Of a stretch of 64,000 nt of DNA, positions 59,694-64,000 are shown in pieces. The stretch comes from Oligoflexia bacterium (GTDB taxonomy: Bacteria; Bdellovibrionota; UBA1018). The stretch lies in NCBI GenBank assembly GCA_963758495.1, contig CAVWVI010000003.1, positions 320,001 through 384,000 of the forward strand. The letters are read 5' to 3'. Below the pieces are notes generated by a model that was given only the letters and a program-made list of their open reading frames with translations, did no database searches and had not been told where the DNA came from. Numbering within the stretch: the stretch's first letter is position 1; each line of letters begins with the position of its first letter. The position numbers were made by a program, and so were the translations under genes.

Positions 59694-61528
59694 AGAAAAC
59701 CTAAAGTTTCTTTCGCAGTCCGAAGACCTGAAGCAATTGCAGACTCTAATGAGGGAGTTCCCTCTGTATCTTGGCCAGCAAACGAAATGCAACCTACCTG
59801 TTGTCTCGCGATATGTCGTGATGATTTCTTTCGGATGAGTGTTGAAGGTATTCCGTGTTTAAAATTGAATGGAAAACCAGGCTTAGGATAAACCATTCCA
59901 TGACCCCACCGATAAATATAAATTGCGGTCACATCTCGATCAAAATCAAAATCTGCCCCTGAAAAAATACGACTTAAATCTTCCCTTAAAGAATTTTCGT
60001 AGTCTACAAACGGCGTCGTCATTAACTTCATTCTTTCTCGGGGCATCTCTTCCGGGGCGGCAGTATTGCCTCCATAAAAGGTCAGTACTGTAGGTCGATT
60101 CCGGTCCATACGATTTGGACTCATCCAATCTGCAGTCACAAAATCAGCCCAATACTTACTCCCCCACCAGTATTGGTTATAACCCAGTCCAAGATCTACA
60201 AGAGGCGCAGCTCGGCGTATACTCACATTAGCTACTACGACCGGCACCAAGGTTGTTTCTCTCCATGCTTTCTTAGTAGAATCGTCCACCAGATGACTCA
60301 CAAGATGTTGGGCAGAATGTGCTTGAGTTGCGACGATCACTGCTTTTGCAGAAGTTTTATAAAACTTTCCATTATGAAAATAAGTGATACTTGCCCCTTC
60401 AACGGTTTTATCGATTCGTAAAGCAATCGCCCCTTGACGCATTCGAACTCGATTGAGAGAAGAATCGAGAGATTCTTCACTAGGAATAAGCCACTTTAAA
60501 AACTGCCTTGAAATACCTGCGTTTCCCCCCGGCATCGCAAATAAAGAATGGTATTCTGCTCCAAGAAAGCTAATTGCTGAGTGAGCATTGACCTGAGTGC
60601 TGGTACCAGCCAATGCGTCAATTGAAAAGCGGGTATAAAAATCAGAAACTGCTGGATGAAAATGTTTTTGTTGAACTAAGTAGTCATGAAGAGTTTTCTG
60701 AGCTAGATAATCATACTTTGGATCACTTTGATCAGCCGGATCCGTAGGGGCTCCTTCACAACGGTACCAATCTATAAAATCCTGTCGTGCTTTTTTTAGA
60801 TCTAAAATCACTTCAGGTGGATAAGGTAAACTATCCAGCCCTTTCCCATAAACATCACTTGCCCAACGACGAGTTCCTGGAATCACAAAGGGTGTCTGAT
60901 CATCAAAAAAATAATTATAAAAAGGACTCGGTATGATATGGGACTCCCAATTCACGCCAGTTTCACGATAGATTTCCTTTAAAAAATCTGCATAAGGTGC
61001 AACACCATATGCACCTCCCGTAGAAGCCAATACTGGAATTGGGCTAAGGCCATCACTTGATGCATTGCCTCCATAAACTAAATTTGCATCCAAAAAAAGA
61101 ATTCGAGTTTGAAGACGCTCTCGACTCAAATAAAATGCGGCAGCAAGTCCTGAAATTCCAGACCCAATAATTACGACTTCACTCCCAGTCAAATCCTCCA
61201 CAAGAGGAAATACCCCCTGTGCTGCATCTATCGGAGAAGACGCTAAAGAAACGCTATTTTTACCAAAAGTTAATCGCTGATCCCGTAACCAATGAGCTAC
61301 TGAAAAAGCTGAAGGTAAATTCCCACTTCGCAAGGCCCGCGGATCATCTTGAATCCCACCATGAACCCGCCACCCTGAGTTTTCTGAGTCCCTCTGAAGC
61401 GAAGATAAAGAAGGGCTCAAGTGAAGTTGTGCACATCCACCTACTATCGATCCTCCCGCAGCAATCATAACGCCATTCAAAAAATCTCGTCTGCTGATTT
61501 TCCGGCTAAAAAATGAATCTGCACTCAT
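59690..61528 (-). CDS. Tat-exported FAD-dependent oxidoreductase (spermidine dehydrogenase/amine oxidase-like)
   Basis: ISRRDFLNG twin-arginine signal, VIIGSGISGLAAA, YGGNA, YRWGHG; start moved to MSADSF at 61528 (SD aggacaagg). Confidence 0.8.
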   Translation of the reverse strand: MSADSFFSRKISRRDFLNGVMIAAGGSIVGGCAQLHLSPSLSSLQRDSENSGWRVHGGIQDDPRALRSGNLPSAFSVAHWLRDQRLTFGKNSVSLASSPIDAAQGVFPLVEDLTGSEVVIIGSGISGLAAAFYLSRERLQTRILFLDANLVYGGNASSDGLSPIPVLASTGGAYGVAPYADFLKEIYRETGVNWESHIIPSPFYNYFFDDQTPFVIPGTRRWASDVYGKGLDSLPYPPEVILDLKKARQDFIDWYRCEGAPTDPADQSDPKYDYLAQKTLHDYLVQQKHFHPAVSDFYTRFSIDALAGTSTQVNAHSAISFLGAEYHSLFAMPGGNAGISRQFLKWLIPSEESLDSSLNRVRMRQGAIALRIDKTVEGASITYFHNGKFYKTSAKAVIVATQAHSAQHLVSHLVDDSTKKAWRETTLVPVVVANVSIRRAAPLVDLGLGYNQYWWGSKYWADFVTADWMSPNRMDRNRPTVLTFYGGNTAAPEEMPRERMKLMTTPFVDYENSLREDLSRIFSGADFDFDRDVTAIYIYRWGHGMVYPKPGFPFNFKHGIPSTLIRKKSSRHIARQQVGCISFAGQDTEGTPSLESAIASGLRTAKETLGFL

Positions 61529-61571
61529 TTTCCTTGTCCTCCCATTTTTTCTATAGGTTAGAATCATATTT

Positions 61572-62570
61572 ATGTGGATTGCAAAGCCTATCTTCAACTT
61601 AACAGAAAATGAAAAAGCTGCTTGGCAACAAATTGAATTCAACTTACCGCTTGCACAGACTCTCAATTGGGCACGCGCTATCGAGGCCGTCTCTGGAAAA
61701 GCCTTTCTTGTTTTTAGTCCTGATGAAAAAGTGGGAGGGGTTGTTTTCAGTTCTCCTAACCACTCCCATTTCAAAAGTAAACTTCAGTTTGAATGTATCA
61801 ATGGTCCTTGGTTACATTGGGATGAGCCAAATTCCATACCTCGTCAACTAGCAACTTTTGCTACAGCTGTTTCAAAAATCAATTCAAATTTTGAGTCTCT
61901 GAGTCTTAAACCAAGATGGGAACGAGGCCAGATGCAACGCCGACTTAGCCTTCTCCCTATCCCCACCTTCAACCACACTCAAGCCGCTACTTGGATCGTT
62001 CCAGTTAAAACGTCCCCACTAGAGCAATTTCAATCTCTGAGCCACCGAATGCAAAGAACTCTTTCATTAGCAAAGAGAAATCAAGTTTTAACCCAATGGG
62101 ACGTTCTCACTCCAACCCAATTAAATCACTTTGTTCCAGCAATGAGACATTTTGGAGAAACGCATGGATTCACGGTTCCTCCCCTTTCTTGGTTTCAGGC
62201 ATTAATTCAAGAATCGGCCCCCTCCACTTCCCACTCTCCCTCATTTTGGCTTATTTCTGCCAGGAAAGAAGGGCATAACCAACTCGAATCATTTACACAA
62301 ATTATCGTTTGCAAGAGGGGAAACCGAGCTCACTATCTGTTCGGATATGAAACTCGAGTTCCCGAATTACGCTCAGCCATCAGCACCTCTGCCGTCGCTC
62401 ATTGGGAAGCGTTGATTCAGTGCATATCATTCGGAGTTCAAGAATATGACCTCAATGGTTATTTAATAAAGAGAGATCCCCATCATCCTTATACCGGTGT
62501 TTGCAATTTCAAAGAACAATTTTCCGGAGCTGTAATTGAATATGATGTTCCAGAGTTTTTAATTCAATAA
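61572..62570 (+). CDS. FemAB/FemX-like GNAT-fold protein
   Basis: LAQTLNWA, INGPWLHW, AHYLFG, YDLNG..GVCNFKEQFSG. Confidence 0.7.
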   Translation: MWIAKPIFNLTENEKAAWQQIEFNLPLAQTLNWARAIEAVSGKAFLVFSPDEKVGGVVFSSPNHSHFKSKLQFECINGPWLHWDEPNSIPRQLATFATAVSKINSNFESLSLKPRWERGQMQRRLSLLPIPTFNHTQAATWIVPVKTSPLEQFQSLSHRMQRTLSLAKRNQVLTQWDVLTPTQLNHFVPAMRHFGETHGFTVPPLSWFQALIQESAPSTSHSPSFWLISARKEGHNQLESFTQIIVCKRGNRAHYLFGYETRVPELRSAISTSAVAHWEALIQCISFGVQEYDLNGYLIKRDPHHPYTGVCNFKEQFSGAVIEYDVPEFLIQ

Positions 62571-62660
62571 TTCATCTTCTTCACAGCAAATGATGCAGAA
62601 CCAACCAACAATTGAATCACCTTGTTTTTCTTTCGATTTTTTTGCTAAAAAAGTTCACTC

Positions 62661-63539
62661 ATGCAGCCATTCCATAAAAATAGTTTTTCTTATGAAAATC
62701 CTCTCAAGAAAAAATTTGGTTCTCATTTCTTTCGAGGTATTACGTCGTCTGCTGGAATCTACTTCATGTTAGACAAACAAAATTCATTTCTTTATATTGG
62801 TAAGGCTAAAAACCTGAGAAATCGTATCACCCATTATTCACAAATTAAGCCAGGAAATTGTTCAGATCATATTCTTGAAATGATTGATCATGTCTGCTCT
62901 ATCCAATGGTACGAATGCTCATCTGAAAAGGAGGCTCTGACTCGTGAAAGTGAACTTCTTCACGCTTTACGTCCACCATTCAATATTGCCGGTACTGAAG
63001 TCATTCATTACTTATTTATTGGAATTAGAGAAAGAAACAGCAATCAACTCGACTTTCAATTGACCAGCCGATGCACCATTAAGAGTGAAGGATACCGTTT
63101 ATTCGGATGCTTTAAAAATAGAAAAAAAACCAAGATAGGTTATACTGCATTATTACGTCTCATTTATGCAGCTAATTTTGAAAAAGATCGCTTTAGCTAT
63201 CCTGCAAAAATAGCTCGAGTTTCACCACCCTGGCTTTACTCTATTCGTTTTCCGGAATCTTGGAAAACCGCTTTGAATCGCTTTTTAAATGGAACTCATA
63301 CAGAATTATTGCATTTCATCATTCAAAAATTACTAGAGAATGAAAATATTCCACACTTTATGCGACATTCAATCCAAGAAGACATTGAGGTTGTCAGAAC
63401 TTTTTATGACATGGGACCAAAATTTAATTATGAGTTAAAAAAGAAAAATCATCTCAATAACGAGTTTATTGATCACTCTCAAATGAACGAATTAATCGCT
63501 AAAGAAATAAACTTGTTCGACTTTTTCAAAAGCGCCTGA
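62661..63539 (+). CDS. GIY-YIG nuclease (UvrC N-terminal-like)
   Basis: GIYFM..LYIGKAKNLRNRI..EALTRESELL..PPFN. Confidence 0.85.
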   Translation: MQPFHKNSFSYENPLKKKFGSHFFRGITSSAGIYFMLDKQNSFLYIGKAKNLRNRITHYSQIKPGNCSDHILEMIDHVCSIQWYECSSEKEALTRESELLHALRPPFNIAGTEVIHYLFIGIRERNSNQLDFQLTSRCTIKSEGYRLFGCFKNRKKTKIGYTALLRLIYAANFEKDRFSYPAKIARVSPPWLYSIRFPESWKTALNRFLNGTHTELLHFIIQKLLENENIPHFMRHSIQEDIEVVRTFYDMGPKFNYELKKKNHLNNEFIDHSQMNELIAKEINLFDFFKSA

Positions 63540-63591
63540 CTGAGTAAAGATTGACTTGCTCATCCGAACTATAAGAACTACAGTCTAACTT

Positions 63592-64000
63592 ATGTCTCTT
63601 CCCATTTTAGACTATTGGCGAAAATGCACTACCTGTAAAAACCCCATCTTATTCAAACAAAAGTACTGGATCTGCAGCATTTCCACCTGCAACCGAGTGC
63701 GAACTAACCTTGTTTTTTGTAATCTCAGATGTTTTGATGCTCATATCCCTGTTCTAAATCACAAGGACGCCGGAGCTTATGAGAAAATCGCTCCTTCTCA
63801 GAAAGATCTGGAACAAAGCCAAAAAACAATTACACAAGAAACAAAACAGACAAAACCTGCTTCTGTTACAGACGAAATTCTAGTAGTGGTATCAAAAGTA
63901 AAAAGCTATATTCGATCACGTTCTGGAATGAACACTTCAGATGCTGTTATGGAAGTCCTATCAAAACATGTACGGCACCACGCTGATCTCATGATTGAAA
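63592..64000 (+). CDS. Cys/His zinc finger fused to a bacterial histone fold (truncated by the window edge)
   Basis: WRKCTTC..YWICSISTC..FCNLRCFDAH..H, linker, then EILVVVSKVKSYIRSRSGMNTSDAVMEVLSKHV in the same frame; absent from the ORF track because no stop is reached. Confidence 0.8.
   Translation, partial: MSLPILDYWRKCTTCKNPILFKQKYWICSISTCNRVRTNLVFCNLRCFDAHIPVLNHKDAGAYEKIAPSQKDLEQSQKTITQETKQTKPASVTDEILVVVSKVKSYIRSRSGMNTSDAVMEVLSKHVRHHADLMIE

Overview
64 kb of a diderm bacterial chromosome, most likely Bdellovibrionota-like (inferred from a Bd0055-type histone fold, FecR/TPR-barrel genes and several sigma54-like promoters). The left ~31 kb is accessory DNA. (i) 1-6967 is the right end of an integrated element bounded by a 3' tRNA-Glu fragment; it carries ParA, a putative winged-helix replication protein with internal GGT-N5-ACC palindrome arrays, and a >735 aa multi-zinc-ribbon/PD-(D/E)XK protein missing from the ORF track. 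(ii) 7.5-12.8 kb is a nested insertion: an IS4/IS50-like element inside a group II intron, which appears to sit inside an IS110 element, which appears to split a PIN-domain gene. (iii) 13-24 kb holds cargo including a cysteine desulfurase translationally coupled to an atypical MetRS paralog (HIGH and KMSKS altered, anticodon domain shortened), a cysteine synthase-rhodanese fusion and a Y-family polymerase. (iv) 24-31.5 kb has secreted/LRR genes with a 235-bp duplication, queF and an IS1-like element. The right half is mostly ordinary core genes (comA-like, pncC/cinA, M48 peptidase, SLT, tgt, PLD nuclease, acyl-CoA dehydrogenase, SWIM-SNF2, stress cluster, FecR/TPR-barrel operon, FemAB-like, GIY-YIG) and ends in a zinc-finger-histone fusion cut by the window edge. 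Three isolated frameshifts may be assembly errors. All calls come from reading motifs by eye; no database searches or folding programs were run.
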